Positions 1 through 10,281 are shown, counted from the stretch's first letter. The stretch is 64,000 nt of DNA from Candidatus Latescibacterota bacterium (GCA_965222075.1 OZ244937.1:5123891-5187890), one strand, 5' to 3'. The notes: generated by a model from the letters alone, not told the origin. Numbers and translations are program-made.

Positions 1-1260
1 GACATCGCGCCCACACGGTGGTGGGCAACCGGCTACGCCATCAGCGAGGATGGGGTCAACTGGCACAAGCCCGTGCTGGGTCTGCACGAGTACAACGGGA
101 GCAAGAAAAACAACATCGTCCTGGACGGGCGGGGCCCGATCATCAAAGATGACACGGAGCCGGACCCGAACAAGCGATTCAAAGGGATCAAGCGCAGCTT
201 CGCGGGGCAGGGCTATGCTGGGCGAGGCGCTCGTGCCAACTACTCACCAGATGGCATCCACTGGACCGAAGGCCCCAAGATCGACCTGCCAGAGTGGTTC
301 CGCGGCCCTCCGGACATCGGCGTGCTCGTCCGCGACGATCAGGATCCCGACCCCTCACGGCGGTACAAGACCGTCTTTCAGGAGATGGTGCCGTTCGACA
401 AGCCGGATATAAAGCGCTTCGCAGAACGATACCGAGGACTCGGACGCGCCAAGATTCTGGCGTACGGCCCGGACATCGAGCACTTTCGAAGGGCGGACGA
501 GAACCCGCTGATTTCCCCGGCCGACGGCCTCGAGTACGAGGACCACCACATCATGATGTCGCCGTACGGAGGCGCGTGGATCATCTGCTACGAGTACGGC
601 TGGTACGTGCCGAACCGCTACGGCTTCTACGGCATGTATGCGGCCGACGTGCGCCTGGCCGTGAGCGGGGACGGGCTCAATTTCGATCGGGTGAATCCGC
701 ACCAGAAGGTCATCAGTCGCGGCGCGCATACGGAGTGGGACGGGGGGCTGCTCATCATTACGGATAAGCCGGTTGTCAAGGACGGGACCATCTACCTGTT
801 CTATGGCGGGTCGGGCGAAGACTTCACGAGTTGGCCCCCGGAGAACGAGATCCCGGAGTTCAGGCATGAGATGGGGAGTGGGAGCGCGCGCCTCGCACGG
901 ATGGGTCTGGCGACGCTTCGCGAGGATGGCTTCACGTGCCTTGAGACTCCCGACCGCGAGACTCCAGGCCATGCAACAACAACGCCACTGGAGCTGAGCG
1001 ATCGATTGACCACGCTCACGGTGAACGTAGGAGACGTTCGGCAAAACCGTAATTGGATCGAGGTTGAAGTCCTCGACGCGGATTCCGGCGAGCCGATCCC
1101 AGGCTTCGAATGCACCGACTGCAACGATATCTTTGTCGACGGACTGCGTCGCCCCGTCGAATGGGGCGAGAAGCGTCTCGCCGATATCGATCGGAACCGG
1201 TTCAAGCTGCGTTTCTGGCTGTACGGCACCGCCCGGCTCTACGGATACAGATTCGTCTGA
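1..1260 (+). CDS. Beta-propeller glycoside-hydrolase-like protein (GH43/GH130-type fold), 5' end outside window
   Basis: Frame 1 is open from base 1 (DIAPTRWWATGYAISEDGVNWHK...) to TGA 1258-1260. It has blade-like 'DG..W' motifs and is clearly similar to the ORFs at 35711 and 47771. Family not verified. Confidence 0.6.
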   Translation, partial: DIAPTRWWATGYAISEDGVNWHKPVLGLHEYNGSKKNNIVLDGRGPIIKDDTEPDPNKRFKGIKRSFAGQGYAGRGARANYSPDGIHWTEGPKIDLPEWFRGPPDIGVLVRDDQDPDPSRRYKTVFQEMVPFDKPDIKRFAERYRGLGRAKILAYGPDIEHFRRADENPLISPADGLEYEDHHIMMSPYGGAWIICYEYGWYVPNRYGFYGMYAADVRLAVSGDGLNFDRVNPHQKVISRGAHTEWDGGLLIITDKPVVKDGTIYLFYGGSGEDFTSWPPENEIPEFRHEMGSGSARLARMGLATLREDGFTCLETPDRETPGHATTTPLELSDRLTTLTVNVGDVRQNRNWIEVEVLDADSGEPIPGFECTDCNDIFVDGLRRPVEWGEKRLADIDRNRFKLRFWLYGTARLYGYRFV

Positions 1261-1313
1261 TCGGTGGCCCTGGCGTCGCCCGGCACCAGGCGGAATAACA
1301 GGGGGGAATTCCA

Positions 1314-3143
1314 TTGGATGAGAAACAGACTCAGGATGTGATTGTGGTCAGGGATGTGATGGTCCCGATGCGGGACGGGGTGCGCCTGGCCACGGATCTC
1401 TACTTACCGGGAAAGGATATGCGCCAACTGGAAGGGACGTTTCCCGCTGTTCTGGACAGGACGCCGTATAACAAGAAAGGCGGTGCGGAGATTGCGAGTT
1501 TTTTCGCGCGTCACGGCTATCTGTCGGTCGTGCAGGACTGCCGGGGACGCTACGGTTCCGGGGGCGTGTTCTTTCCGTTCAGAGACGATCCGGAGGACGG
1601 GTTCGACACGATTGAGTGGATCGCCAATCACGCGTTGTGCAATGGGAAGGTGGGAATGTACGGGTGTTCTCACGATGCGTGGGTGCAGTTTCACGCAGCC
1701 ACCCAGAATCCCCCGGCGCTGGCTACGATGATCCCGTTTGAAGGGCCGATCAATGCCTATCATTACAGCATGCGCGAGGGCGGCGCCCTGCATCTGGGGC
1801 TTTTGAACTGGGCGGTTCGGATGTCGACCACCAGCCATGAGGCACAGGCGGACCCTGCGATTGCCGAAGCCATACGGCCGATGTCGACCGACGGGCGGCA
1901 CTTTCTGGAATGGGCTTCCCGCATCCCCTGGAGGCGTGGCCAGACCCCTCTGGCGATGGTACCCCAATACGAAGACGTGGTTTTTCAGCTTTATTTCGAG
2001 AATAACGATTATACGGAATTCTGGCGGCAGCCGGGCTTTGCCATGGATGAGTATTTCGATTCGTTTCCGGACATGCCCATCCTCTGGATGGTGGGCTGGT
2101 TCGACTGGTATCCGAGGACGATTATTGATGGGTTTCAGAAGATGGTGAAGATGAACCGGAAGCACCAGCATCTGCTGGTGGGTCCCTGGACGCACGGCAA
2201 CTGTCATCCATCCTGTGGGGATGTGCACTTCGGGTCGGAGGGGGGTCTCCATTTCCACGAGGATTTTCTTCACCTCTATCTGGAGTGGTTCAATCGCTGG
2301 TTGAAGGAGGATCCGACCGCAGATGTGGGCAGTGCGGTGCGGATGTTCCAGATGGGCGGGGGGGATGGCAGCCGGGACAGGGAGGGATTTTTGAACCACG
2401 GGGGGACGTGGTGCTGCGGTGAGGTCTGGCCGCCGGAGGGCTCGCGGTCGACACCGTTCTACATCCACGAAAACGGGAGCTTGTCGTCCGAAGAACCCTC
2501 TGAGGAAAGCGCATCAACGACGTATACCTACGATCCGCGCAATACGGTTTCCAGCAACGGCCGCTGTATTATCCCTTATGGTCCGATGAAGGAGGGATGG
2601 TTCAAAGGGATGGGGCCTCGCGATCAGATCGAGATTGAGACCCTGCCCGGACACGGCATTCCGGGGATGCCGATCGCCTCCCGGCCCGATGTGCTGGTTT
2701 TTCAGACTGCTCCATTGAACGCAGATGTCTCAATTGCAGGGAACATCAAGGGGGTTCTGTGGATATCGTCGGACGCGCCGGATACGGACTTTTTTATGAA
2801 ACTGGTCGATGTGTATCCGTCCAGTCTCGATGATCCGACGGGCTATGGTTTTCCGGTTTCCGAGGGCATTCTGCGTGTGCGCTATCGGGATAGCTGGGAA
2901 CATCCAAGCCCGATGCAACCCGGAACCGTGTACCGGATCGAAATCGACATGCAGCCGTCCGCCAACCTCTTCAAAGCAGGCCATCGCATCCGTCTGGATA
3001 TCTGCAGCAGCAACTTTCCCAACTACGATATCAACCGGAACACGGGTGACCCGGATGACAGGGCGTGGCGAATCGCACAGAATACGGTTTACCATGAGGC
3101 TGGACACGCCTCTTATATCGAGTTGCCCATCCGGACGGTGTGA
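1314..3143 (+). CDS. CocE/NonD family hydrolase (S15 X-Pro dipeptidyl-peptidase-like)
   Basis: 609-aa ORF with a TTG start. N-terminal 'VMVPMRDGVRLATDLYLPG...LDRTPYNK' and the length fit the CocE/NonD alpha/beta hydrolases. Confidence 0.8.
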   Translation: MDEKQTQDVIVVRDVMVPMRDGVRLATDLYLPGKDMRQLEGTFPAVLDRTPYNKKGGAEIASFFARHGYLSVVQDCRGRYGSGGVFFPFRDDPEDGFDTIEWIANHALCNGKVGMYGCSHDAWVQFHAATQNPPALATMIPFEGPINAYHYSMREGGALHLGLLNWAVRMSTTSHEAQADPAIAEAIRPMSTDGRHFLEWASRIPWRRGQTPLAMVPQYEDVVFQLYFENNDYTEFWRQPGFAMDEYFDSFPDMPILWMVGWFDWYPRTIIDGFQKMVKMNRKHQHLLVGPWTHGNCHPSCGDVHFGSEGGLHFHEDFLHLYLEWFNRWLKEDPTADVGSAVRMFQMGGGDGSRDREGFLNHGGTWCCGEVWPPEGSRSTPFYIHENGSLSSEEPSEESASTTYTYDPRNTVSSNGRCIIPYGPMKEGWFKGMGPRDQIEIETLPGHGIPGMPIASRPDVLVFQTAPLNADVSIAGNIKGVLWISSDAPDTDFFMKLVDVYPSSLDDPTGYGFPVSEGILRVRYRDSWEHPSPMQPGTVYRIEIDMQPSANLFKAGHRIRLDICSSNFPNYDINRNTGDPDDRAWRIAQNTVYHEAGHASYIELPIRTV

Positions 3144-3195
3144 TGGGGTCTCCGTCATCCGCAACCCCTCCACACCCTTCCCATGCCTTCGGCGA

Positions 3196-3227
3196 GGCCT
3201 TTTTCTTGTTCGCCCAAGAAAAAGGCC
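3196..3227. repeat. Perfect 13-bp inverted repeat (GGCCTTTTTCTTG / CAAGAAAAAGGCC, 6-nt loop) in the 300-bp intergenic region
   Basis: Read directly from the sequence. It lies 53 bp after the CocE/NonD stop. There is no clean downstream T-tract, so terminator function is uncertain. Confidence 0.4.
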
Positions 3228-3438
3228 GAAAAAGAAAGAAGCTCAAACTGGCCGCTGGTGCGATGGTGCTGCTTTTCCGCGAATTGCCCCTGTGGTGGAA
3301 GCGGAAGCTCCTGTCTGCCGTGCCGGGCACGGCACAGGCAGGTCTCGGACCTTTGGGGCGTTTTTGGGCGATGGTGCTGGAGGGAACCGCGCGGAAAAGC
3401 CCCTTCCCCCCGTCCCAAAAGCGCGGGAGGTGAGACAC

Positions 3439-4473
3439 GTGACCGGAGAAATTGCAGGCAGAAAGCTTCTCTGCCTGGACATGATGGAAGAACCCTTCGC
3501 AGTGTCGGGCTTTGCCTGGCTGGATCAGGAACGGAGGTTCTGCCGGCTGCCAGTGGACGCTTTGCCTGACATGAGCGAGGCCGTCCGGACGCTGGCCTGG
3601 CACACCCCGGGCGGTATGGGTCGTTTCAGGACAGATTCCAGCACGATCGCCATCAAGGTGGAACTGCCGACAGTCGTTGATATGTCACACATGCCGCGGA
3701 CCGGAAATTCCGGATTCGACCTTTATCTGGGCGGTGGGAAAGAGAAGAGGTTCCTGAACACCGCCAGACCGCGCACAAATGAGCCGGTGTATGAGGCGCT
3801 TCTGGTCGATGGCCTGGATAGAGGCATGCGTGAGTGGACGCTGAATTTCCCGCTTTACAACGGCGTCAACCGGGTTCTGGTGGGCCTGGATGCAGACGCG
3901 GAAGTCGAACCGCCTTCGCCGTTCACAGTTGAGAAGCCGCTTCTCTTCTACGGATCGTCGATCACGCAGGGAGGCTGTGCGTCCCGGCCGGGGAACGCCT
4001 ACACCCACATCCTGGCGCGGTGGCTGGATGCGAACCTGGTCAACCTCGGATTCAGTGGGGGCGCGAAGGGGGAGCCGGGCATGGCCCGCCTGATTGCGAC
4101 GATGGACATGAGCGTCTTTATTATGGATTACGATTACAATGCGCCGTCGGCGGAGCATTTGGAGCAGACCCACGAGGCGTTCTTCCGGATTGTGAGAGAG
4201 GCCCGTCCCGAGCTTCCCGCTGTAATCGTTTCGAGTCCGTCAGTTGATACCAATCCATCACGCTGGGTGGAGAGACGGGAAATCGTTCGCAGGACGTACG
4301 AGAATGCCGTGAGACGGGGGGACAGCAAGGTCTGGTTTGTGGATGGGGAGACCCTGTTCGGCACAACCGATCGGGATGGCTGTACGGTTGACGGGTGCCA
4401 CCCGAACGACCTGGGGTTTTTGCGCATGGCCAAAGCGATTCGTTCGTCGGTTGAGGCCGCTCTGGATGGTTGA
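3439..4473 (+). CDS. SGNH/GDSL-family hydrolase
   Basis: SGNH blocks 'LLFYGSSITQGG', 'LGFSGG' and 'VDGCHPNDLG'. The track ORF starts at 2809 but overlaps the upstream gene. GTG 3439 follows GGGAGG (3424-3429); ATG 3481 is an alternative start. Confidence 0.7.
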   Translation: MTGEIAGRKLLCLDMMEEPFAVSGFAWLDQERRFCRLPVDALPDMSEAVRTLAWHTPGGMGRFRTDSSTIAIKVELPTVVDMSHMPRTGNSGFDLYLGGGKEKRFLNTARPRTNEPVYEALLVDGLDRGMREWTLNFPLYNGVNRVLVGLDADAEVEPPSPFTVEKPLLFYGSSITQGGCASRPGNAYTHILARWLDANLVNLGFSGGAKGEPGMARLIATMDMSVFIMDYDYNAPSAEHLEQTHEAFFRIVREARPELPAVIVSSPSVDTNPSRWVERREIVRRTYENAVRRGDSKVWFVDGETLFGTTDRDGCTVDGCHPNDLGFLRMAKAIRSSVEAALDG

Positions 4474-4513
4474 CGGCCTCCGAGAACCCGGACTTGTTGG
4501 GGGTGTGCGTGCT

Positions 4514-5737
4514 ATGAACGCGGGGGTATGCAGTATCCGTCCCATCGTTTCGCAGGATTTCAACTGGCATGACGCAGGGGAGGGTGGAGCCTATGTTTTC
4601 GGGGAGGACGGGTACCTGACGATGGATGGGTCGCGGGGCAGGGTTGTCTGTTCCAGGCACCTGAGGAACCCGATCCGGAGCAGGGAGGGTGTGGTCGAGT
4701 TGAAGTTGCGGGTGGTGCTGGGAAAACGGTATCACATCCGCTTCTATGACTCCGAAGAACGCCTGGCTGTGGACTGCCAAATCGACGAGGACAGTCGGGT
4801 ACGGTTCGCCAGGCAAGGTACCTGCGCGGACTCCGGGAGATTTCTGACGTTTCACTACGGGAAGCCTTATACCGATTCGGGGAACCGCGCACCCTATGTC
4901 GTGCCGTCGGACGAGCACTGCCTGCGGTTCGAGGGGTTCGATTCCGCGGAAGGAGGCGTGGATTTCGTCCTGGACGGCGCGGAGCCGGTCGCGATGGCCG
5001 GGTGTTTGAACGGGCTCTCGAAGGAGCTCTCGAAGGTCGAGCTGGTCACGGGAGAGGTAGGTGTTGGGAGCGTGATCCGCCTGCGGGAGTACGTGGAGTA
5101 CGCCGGGGGCGTCCCGGTTTACCGGGAGGGCTTCCCGCTGCACTGGAAGCCCGTTTCTGCTCCGCCTGACGGGATGCCGGACGACAATGTCTGTGAGACG
5201 CTGATGCGCCCGACGGACTACCGGTGGCTCGAGACGGCGACACGGTACGGCTATGTCAAAGCCCACATTCCCTGCCTGCCAAAGGGCGCCGTCGCGTTCG
5301 AGATGAAGACCGCGGATGCCGCACTTGAATCCTGCCTGATCCTGGAGGAGTATCAGGGGGTTATCAAATACGGCAATATCCAGCTCGGGCTGCTCAGAGG
5401 AAGGATGATCGTCTGCACACGGGATGGAGTTCTGAAGTTCGACCAGCCCGTCGAGGCAGCCAGCGGCCGGGTCTACAAGATCCGCGTTGCGTGGGACAGA
5501 GACGCCGGGACGTTCCGTATCAGGATCGACGGCACACCCATGAGCTGCGGCGGAGTCCGTGAGTTCCCCTTTCCCAACGTGCCGGAAAGAGGGATTGACA
5601 CGATCACGCTTCACCCCGGGGACTCGCGAGCGAGGCTGTCCACGATGCAGAAGTGCCAGGGGATAAAGGCTCGCGAAGTTGAACCTCTTCTGACGTATTG
5701 GGGGAGGTTCAGGGTTTACGATCTCGAAGGGCTTTGA
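4514..5737 (+). CDS. Hypothetical protein (possibly tandem beta-sandwich/LamG-like)
   Basis: Long same-strand ORF. ATG 4514 is the first start after the upstream stop at 4473. No diagnostic motif recognised. Confidence 0.55.
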   Translation: MNAGVCSIRPIVSQDFNWHDAGEGGAYVFGEDGYLTMDGSRGRVVCSRHLRNPIRSREGVVELKLRVVLGKRYHIRFYDSEERLAVDCQIDEDSRVRFARQGTCADSGRFLTFHYGKPYTDSGNRAPYVVPSDEHCLRFEGFDSAEGGVDFVLDGAEPVAMAGCLNGLSKELSKVELVTGEVGVGSVIRLREYVEYAGGVPVYREGFPLHWKPVSAPPDGMPDDNVCETLMRPTDYRWLETATRYGYVKAHIPCLPKGAVAFEMKTADAALESCLILEEYQGVIKYGNIQLGLLRGRMIVCTRDGVLKFDQPVEAASGRVYKIRVAWDRDAGTFRIRIDGTPMSCGGVREFPFPNVPERGIDTITLHPGDSRARLSTMQKCQGIKAREVEPLLTYWGRFRVYDLEGL

Positions 5738-5888
5738 ATCTCAGGTAAGCGTTCGCCGCAGAGATGCGGAGGACGCAGAGAAAACCCAAACTGTGCGTTG
5801 CAGAAGGCGGTCGCAGGCGGACCTGATCCGGAGTTGGGGGTCGGGCATCATGGATCGAAAAGACGAATCACGTCACAAGGAGGCGTTT

Positions 5889-6953
5889 ATGAAAAAGCAC
5901 ACTTTTCGCGGCAGTCCCGCCGAGGTGGGCGGGGCCCAGGGCTCGATGAGCCCGGAAGCAGCCCGGGACTATCTGAAGTTCTGGCAGGCCCGTCCGCACG
6001 ATTTTGAGAATCCGTACTTCCGGAAGAACCTGGCCTTTATGCGGCGGGAGTTTCCGGATCTGATCGAGCAGATCGAGGCGTTTGGCGAGGCGGCCGGAAT
6101 GGATAGTTTCGAGCATGCGTACTACAGCCATGTGCTGTGGGCGGGACCCATGGAGGAGGCCTGTTCGACCCTGGGAATCCTGCTGGAAGAGGACGGACCG
6201 GCTATGTTGTCGACCAACGATGGGGGTACGGATACGGTGCCGGGGACGGTTTCCAATACCGTTGTCTCGATATTTCCTGACACAAAACCGCACGGCATGA
6301 TGGGGTTGGGCACTCAACGACAGGTCACCCTGGGGATGGCCGTAAACGATTCGGGACTGGCCGTCGGGGCCAATTCGGGGCATCGGAAGTTCAATTACGT
6401 ATCCAATCCCGAATGCGTGAACCTCTATTTCGTCGTCCACCTGCTGGCGCAGCACTGCGGCGATTGTGACGATGTCCGCCATTTTGTGGAACAGTATCGC
6501 ATTTCGGGGCAGAAGGGGATGAATCTGGTCACGGTTGACGCCGCGGGAAACATCCTGGGCCTGGAGCTGGAGTCGGAGAATGTCGCCATTTCAGAGGCGC
6601 AGGACGGGATGCTTCTGGAGGTCAATCACTGGCAGCATCCCAAACTCCGGAATCCATCCCGGGCTGCGAATCCCGATTTCTGGGACGGGTCCTACTACTA
6701 TAATTCCCAGGCGCGGGTCATGTATTTTGCGCACTACCGAAATGTGTTCGCACGAATGAAGACCATGCAGGACCTGGTTGATTTTTCGTTCGACGTCCAC
6801 GCGCCGGGGCGTATCCTGCAGATGCTGGATCTGAACGTGGGGAATCTGATCTCGTGCCAGGTGATGTTCGCGACCGTGAGGGACCGAAGCATGAGGCTGT
6901 ACCTGCATCCGATAGAGAAAGATGATTACGAGGAGTTCCGGTATCCACAGTGA
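5889..6953 (+). CDS. C45-family (acyl-CoA:6-APA acyltransferase-like) Ntn hydrolase, tentative
   Basis: ATG 5889 is preceded by AAGGAGG. 'EEACSTLGILL...STNDG' resembles the nucleophile-Cys region of C45 peptidases. Assigned from memory only. Confidence 0.5.
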   Translation: MKKHTFRGSPAEVGGAQGSMSPEAARDYLKFWQARPHDFENPYFRKNLAFMRREFPDLIEQIEAFGEAAGMDSFEHAYYSHVLWAGPMEEACSTLGILLEEDGPAMLSTNDGGTDTVPGTVSNTVVSIFPDTKPHGMMGLGTQRQVTLGMAVNDSGLAVGANSGHRKFNYVSNPECVNLYFVVHLLAQHCGDCDDVRHFVEQYRISGQKGMNLVTVDAAGNILGLELESENVAISEAQDGMLLEVNHWQHPKLRNPSRAANPDFWDGSYYYNSQARVMYFAHYRNVFARMKTMQDLVDFSFDVHAPGRILQMLDLNVGNLISCQVMFATVRDRSMRLYLHPIEKDDYEEFRYPQ

Positions 6954-7021
6954 TGTTCCGGTTGATACGAGATGACGAAACATCCGGCCCAGTTGCTGCG
7001 GACCGATCCGTGCCTGGGCTT

Positions 7022-7429
7022 TCAGACAAACGGATCAACGAGTTCTACACCGCTGGCTTCGAAATCGCGACGGTTTCGGGTTGCCAGCGGTAATCCGTGA
7101 GTCAGGGCGGTGGCGGCGATGAGGCTGTCCTTGGTCGGCATCGGTTTTCCGAGAGAACGGAGACGCGCCAGCAGTTCGGCCCAGCGCAATCCCGTCTCGA
7201 CATCCCACGGAATACAGTGAATGCGACGGGCGACCTCGTCGAACCAGCGTTCGAGCGCGCGACGCCGGTGCCCGGGTGGCAGCAGAAGGATCCCGAAGCG
7301 GATTTCTCCCAGGATCACGGGATCGATGGCCAGGTCGCGTTCGGTACGCGCCAGCCACTCGATCACCCTCGGATCCGGGCTCGGCTGGGTCGCCTCGCAC
7401 AGGACGTTGGCATCCACGAGACACATCAT
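7022..7429 (-). CDS. vapC: PIN-domain toxin VapC
   Basis: 'MMCLVDANVL...' PIN N-terminus plus 'LIAATALTHGLPLATRNRRDF'. The ATG at 7429 overlaps the antitoxin stop (ATGA). The track ORF extends to 7495, which is probably an over-extension. Confidence 0.8.
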   Translation of the reverse strand: MMCLVDANVLCEATQPSPDPRVIEWLARTERDLAIDPVILGEIRFGILLLPPGHRRRALERWFDEVARRIHCIPWDVETGLRWAELLARLRSLGKPMPTKDSLIAATALTHGLPLATRNRRDFEASGVELVDPFV

Positions 7430-7668
7430 GGTGGCCATCCGAGGGAGTCGGTAGACTCCGATTTGATCGGCACGAACCAGCCCTTCACAGGACACGCGAG
7501 GAGCGTATCCACCAGCCCCTGGTTCTTCGGGGGGTCGGCAACGACCAGGCGATATTCGCCTCTGTCCACCCGTTCTATATCAAACGATTGGCCAGGTTCA
7601 ATTTTGTCCTGATGGCGAAACGCGGCCGGGATGACAATCTGACCCTTGGATGAGAGGACTGTTTTCAT
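7426..7668 (-). CDS. vapB: AbrB/SpoVT(MazE)-fold antitoxin VapB
   Basis: 80-aa ORF 'MKTVLSSKGQIVIPAAFR...' is a typical SpoVT/AbrB swapped-hairpin N-terminus. It is translationally coupled to the PIN gene. Confidence 0.8.
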   Translation of the reverse strand: MKTVLSSKGQIVIPAAFRHQDKIEPGQSFDIERVDRGEYRLVVADPPKNQGLVDTLLACPVKGWFVPIKSESTDSLGWPP

Positions 7669-7698
7669 GGGGAAGTAAGATAACGTCTTACTTCGGGA

Positions 7699-7944
7699 TT
7701 GTCAATACCCGATTTGCATGGTCGGCCCCGGGGGCCTGATGCGCCACGGCAGGCAACCGTCGCGAGCGTGGCGCGCCAGGCGTTCGAGCGTCTTGATGCC
7801 GACGGCGTGATTGACCTGCAACGGGACGGCAGGGCGACGGACGGCCACTATCGGATCGAACTTGCCTCTCTGCCACACCGTGCAAAGGCCGGAGATTACA
7901 TCGTGATGGCGCTGAGAGCCTTCATGGAGGAGGAGATGAAATGA
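7699..7944 (+). CDS. Small hypothetical ORF coupled to hsdM
   Basis: 81-aa ORF with a TTG start. Its stop overlaps the hsdM ATG (ATGA at 7941-7944). No motif recognised, and coding status is uncertain. Confidence 0.3.
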   Translation: MSIPDLHGRPRGPDAPRQATVASVARQAFERLDADGVIDLQRDGRATDGHYRIELASLPHRAKAGDYIVMALRAFMEEEMK

Positions 7945-10133
7945 GTCCTGACGCAACCGGGTCCAGGGGCAGCAATCCGGACCGGGTCCCGCCGGCAAGT
8001 GGCCGTGGAGCGGGTGTGAGCAGCCTGAACATCAGCAACTTCATCTGGAGTATCGCCGATGACGTGCTGCGGGACGTCTATGTGCGGGGCAAGTACCGGG
8101 ATGTTATCCTGCCGATGACGGTTATCCGTCGCCTGGATGCGGTTCTGGAGCCAACGAAAGACGCGGTCCTCCAGATGAAGACCCAGTTGGACGGGGCGGG
8201 CGTGACCAACCAGGATGCGGCGCTGCGCCAGGCATCCGGCGAGGCCTTCTACAACGCCTCGCCTTTCCGGCTGCGCGATCTGACCTCCCGTGCCAGGCAA
8301 CAACAGTTGAGGGCCGACTTCGAGGCGTATCTCGACGGTTTCTCACCCAACGTTCAGGAGGTGCTGGAGAAGTTCAAGTTTCGCAATCAGATTCCGACGC
8401 TGGTCGATGCGGATGTGCTCGGGTTCCTGCTGGAGAAGTTCCTGGACCGCTCGGTCAACCTCAGCCCCAAACCCGTGTTGAATGCAGACGGGTCCGTGCG
8501 TGTGGAGGGTCTGGACAACCATGGGATGGGTACGGTCTTCGAAGAGCTGATTCGGCGTTTCAACGAGGAAAACAACGAGGAGGCCGGCGAGCATTTCACG
8601 CCGCGCGACGTCGTGCAGCTGATGGCGCGGCTGATTTTCATGCCGGTTGCCGATGAGGTCCGGTCGGGCACCTACCTGGTGTACGACGGCGCTTGTGGCA
8701 CCGGCGGGATGCTGACGGTGGCCGAAGAGACGCTGACCCAACTCGCCACCGAACACGGCAAGGAGGTCGCGGTCCACCTGTACGGCCAGGAGGTCAACCC
8801 TGAGACCTACGCCATCAGCAAGGCCGACCTTATCCTCAAGGGCGAGGGCGTGGAAGCCGACAATATTCAGTACGGCTCGACCCTCTCCGCCGATGCCTTC
8901 CCGTCCCGCGAGTTCGATTTCATGCTCTCCAATCCGCCTTATGGCAAGAGCTGGAAGAGCGACCTGGAACGCATGGGCGGTAAGAGAGAGATGCGCGACC
9001 CGCGCTTTCTGATCGAGCACGATGGCGAGCCAGAGTACTCGCTGGTCACCCGTTCCAGCGACGGCCAGATGCTGTTTCTGGCCAATATGTTGAGCAAGAT
9101 GAAGCAGGATACGCCGCTGGGCAGCCGCATCGCGGAGGTCCACAACGGCAGTTCGCTGTTCACGGGCGACGCCGGGCAGGGCGAGAGCAATATCCGGCGC
9201 TGGATTATCGAGAGCGACTATCTGGAGGCGATTGTGGCGCTGCCGCTCAATATGTTCTACAATACCGGCATTGCGACTTATATCTGGGTGTTGACGAATC
9301 GCAAACCGGCGCATCGCCGGGGCAAGGTGCAGCTCATCGACGCCACGCAGTGGTCCAGGCCGCTGCGCAAGAATCTCGGCAATAAGAACTGCGAGCTGTC
9401 GGACGAGGATGTCCGGCGTATCTGCGATACTTTCCTCGCGTTTGAGGAGAGCGAGCAGTCGAAGATTTTCCCCAACGAGGCGTTCGGGTATTGGAAGGTC
9501 ACGGTCGAGCGACCGTTGCGGCTCACCGTCGATTTGTCACCGGACCGTCGCGAGGGATTCCGAGCCGCCTGTTGTGAGGCAAAGGAAGAGCCGCTTGCGG
9601 ACGCTATTGATCGGGTGGCGACAGTGCTGGGCGCCGGGCCTCACCGCGACTTCAACCGATTCATGGAAGCCGTTGTGGCGAATGCCTCCGCGCATGGCGT
9701 CAAGTTGACGGCCAGGCGGAAGAACCTGCTGCAGATGGCGCTGGCATCCCGCGACGAGGCCGCTGAGCCAGTCATCAAGAAGAGCCACCGGCCGGACGCG
9801 GTGGAACCGGACCCGATCCGCGGTCTGGCCGAAGCTACTGTGGATGGCGAGCGCCGCGTCATCGAATACGAGCCTGACGGTGAGTTGCGCGATACCGAGC
9901 AGGTGCCGCTGCTCGACGAGGGCGGTATCGAGGGTTTTCTGCGCCGCGAGGTGCTGCCCTATGCCGCCGATGCGTGGTACGACCCGGGCAGCGTCAGGGT
10001 GGGGTACGAGGTCAGTTTCACGCGCTATTTTTACAAGCCGCAGCCGCTGCGCTCGCTGGCGGAGATCCGGGCCGATATTCTGGCGGTGGAGCAGGAGACG
10101 GAGGGGTTGCTGGGGGAGATTATCGGCGGGTAG
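7941..10133 (+). CDS. hsdM: Type I restriction-modification system, methyltransferase subunit M
   Basis: 'NFIWSIADDVLRDVY..YRDVILPMTVIRRLD' HsdM N-domain. SAM motif 'VYDGACGTGGML' and catalytic 'LSNPPYGKSW' are present. Confidence 0.92.
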   Translation: MSPDATGSRGSNPDRVPPASGRGAGVSSLNISNFIWSIADDVLRDVYVRGKYRDVILPMTVIRRLDAVLEPTKDAVLQMKTQLDGAGVTNQDAALRQASGEAFYNASPFRLRDLTSRARQQQLRADFEAYLDGFSPNVQEVLEKFKFRNQIPTLVDADVLGFLLEKFLDRSVNLSPKPVLNADGSVRVEGLDNHGMGTVFEELIRRFNEENNEEAGEHFTPRDVVQLMARLIFMPVADEVRSGTYLVYDGACGTGGMLTVAEETLTQLATEHGKEVAVHLYGQEVNPETYAISKADLILKGEGVEADNIQYGSTLSADAFPSREFDFMLSNPPYGKSWKSDLERMGGKREMRDPRFLIEHDGEPEYSLVTRSSDGQMLFLANMLSKMKQDTPLGSRIAEVHNGSSLFTGDAGQGESNIRRWIIESDYLEAIVALPLNMFYNTGIATYIWVLTNRKPAHRRGKVQLIDATQWSRPLRKNLGNKNCELSDEDVRRICDTFLAFEESEQSKIFPNEAFGYWKVTVERPLRLTVDLSPDRREGFRAACCEAKEEPLADAIDRVATVLGAGPHRDFNRFMEAVVANASAHGVKLTARRKNLLQMALASRDEAAEPVIKKSHRPDAVEPDPIRGLAEATVDGERRVIEYEPDGELRDTEQVPLLDEGGIEGFLRREVLPYAADAWYDPGSVRVGYEVSFTRYFYKPQPLRSLAEIRADILAVEQETEGLLGEIIGG

Positions 10134-10281
10134 CGCTAAGGGGCGTTTTTATTGAACGCAGCCCCTTTACAAGGACAGGGTTCTTTCCCATATTAAACAC
10201 AGCCTTTAACAAGGCCGCAGTCATGTGCTATGGTGAACACAGGCTTTACTATGAGCCCGATAACCGCACATACGAAGGTGT

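Noticed and set aside
2809-3438. N-terminal 210-aa extension of the SGNH hydrolase ORF
   Set aside because: It overlaps the 3' end of the CocE/NonD gene and a hairpin-rich intergenic region, and its sequence is low complexity. A GTG with a good SD at 3439 (or ATG 3481) is more plausible.
355-5614. Long minus-strand ORFs (355-1314, 1404-2468, 4121-5614) opposite the hydrolase genes
   Set aside because: They are antisense to ORFs with recognisable enzyme motifs, have low-complexity R/P/G composition and lack SD/start context. They are GC-driven open frames.
6954-7021. Island boundary signals (tRNA gene, integrase, att repeats) at 6954-7021 and 33383-33465
   Set aside because: No tRNA-like sequence, integrase ORF or matching direct repeats were seen at either edge. 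The island appears to have grown by cassette stacking rather than as a single integrative element. I cannot exclude weak repeats without a computed alignment.
10134-10281. Promoter-like TTTACA-N17-CATATT, an AAGGGGC/GCCCCTT hairpin and a repeated 'ACACAG(C/G)CTTTA' in the 'empty' segment between hsdM and its first relic
   Set aside because: The signals are weak and no downstream gene would be served. They are noted only as a possible remnant of a lost cassette.
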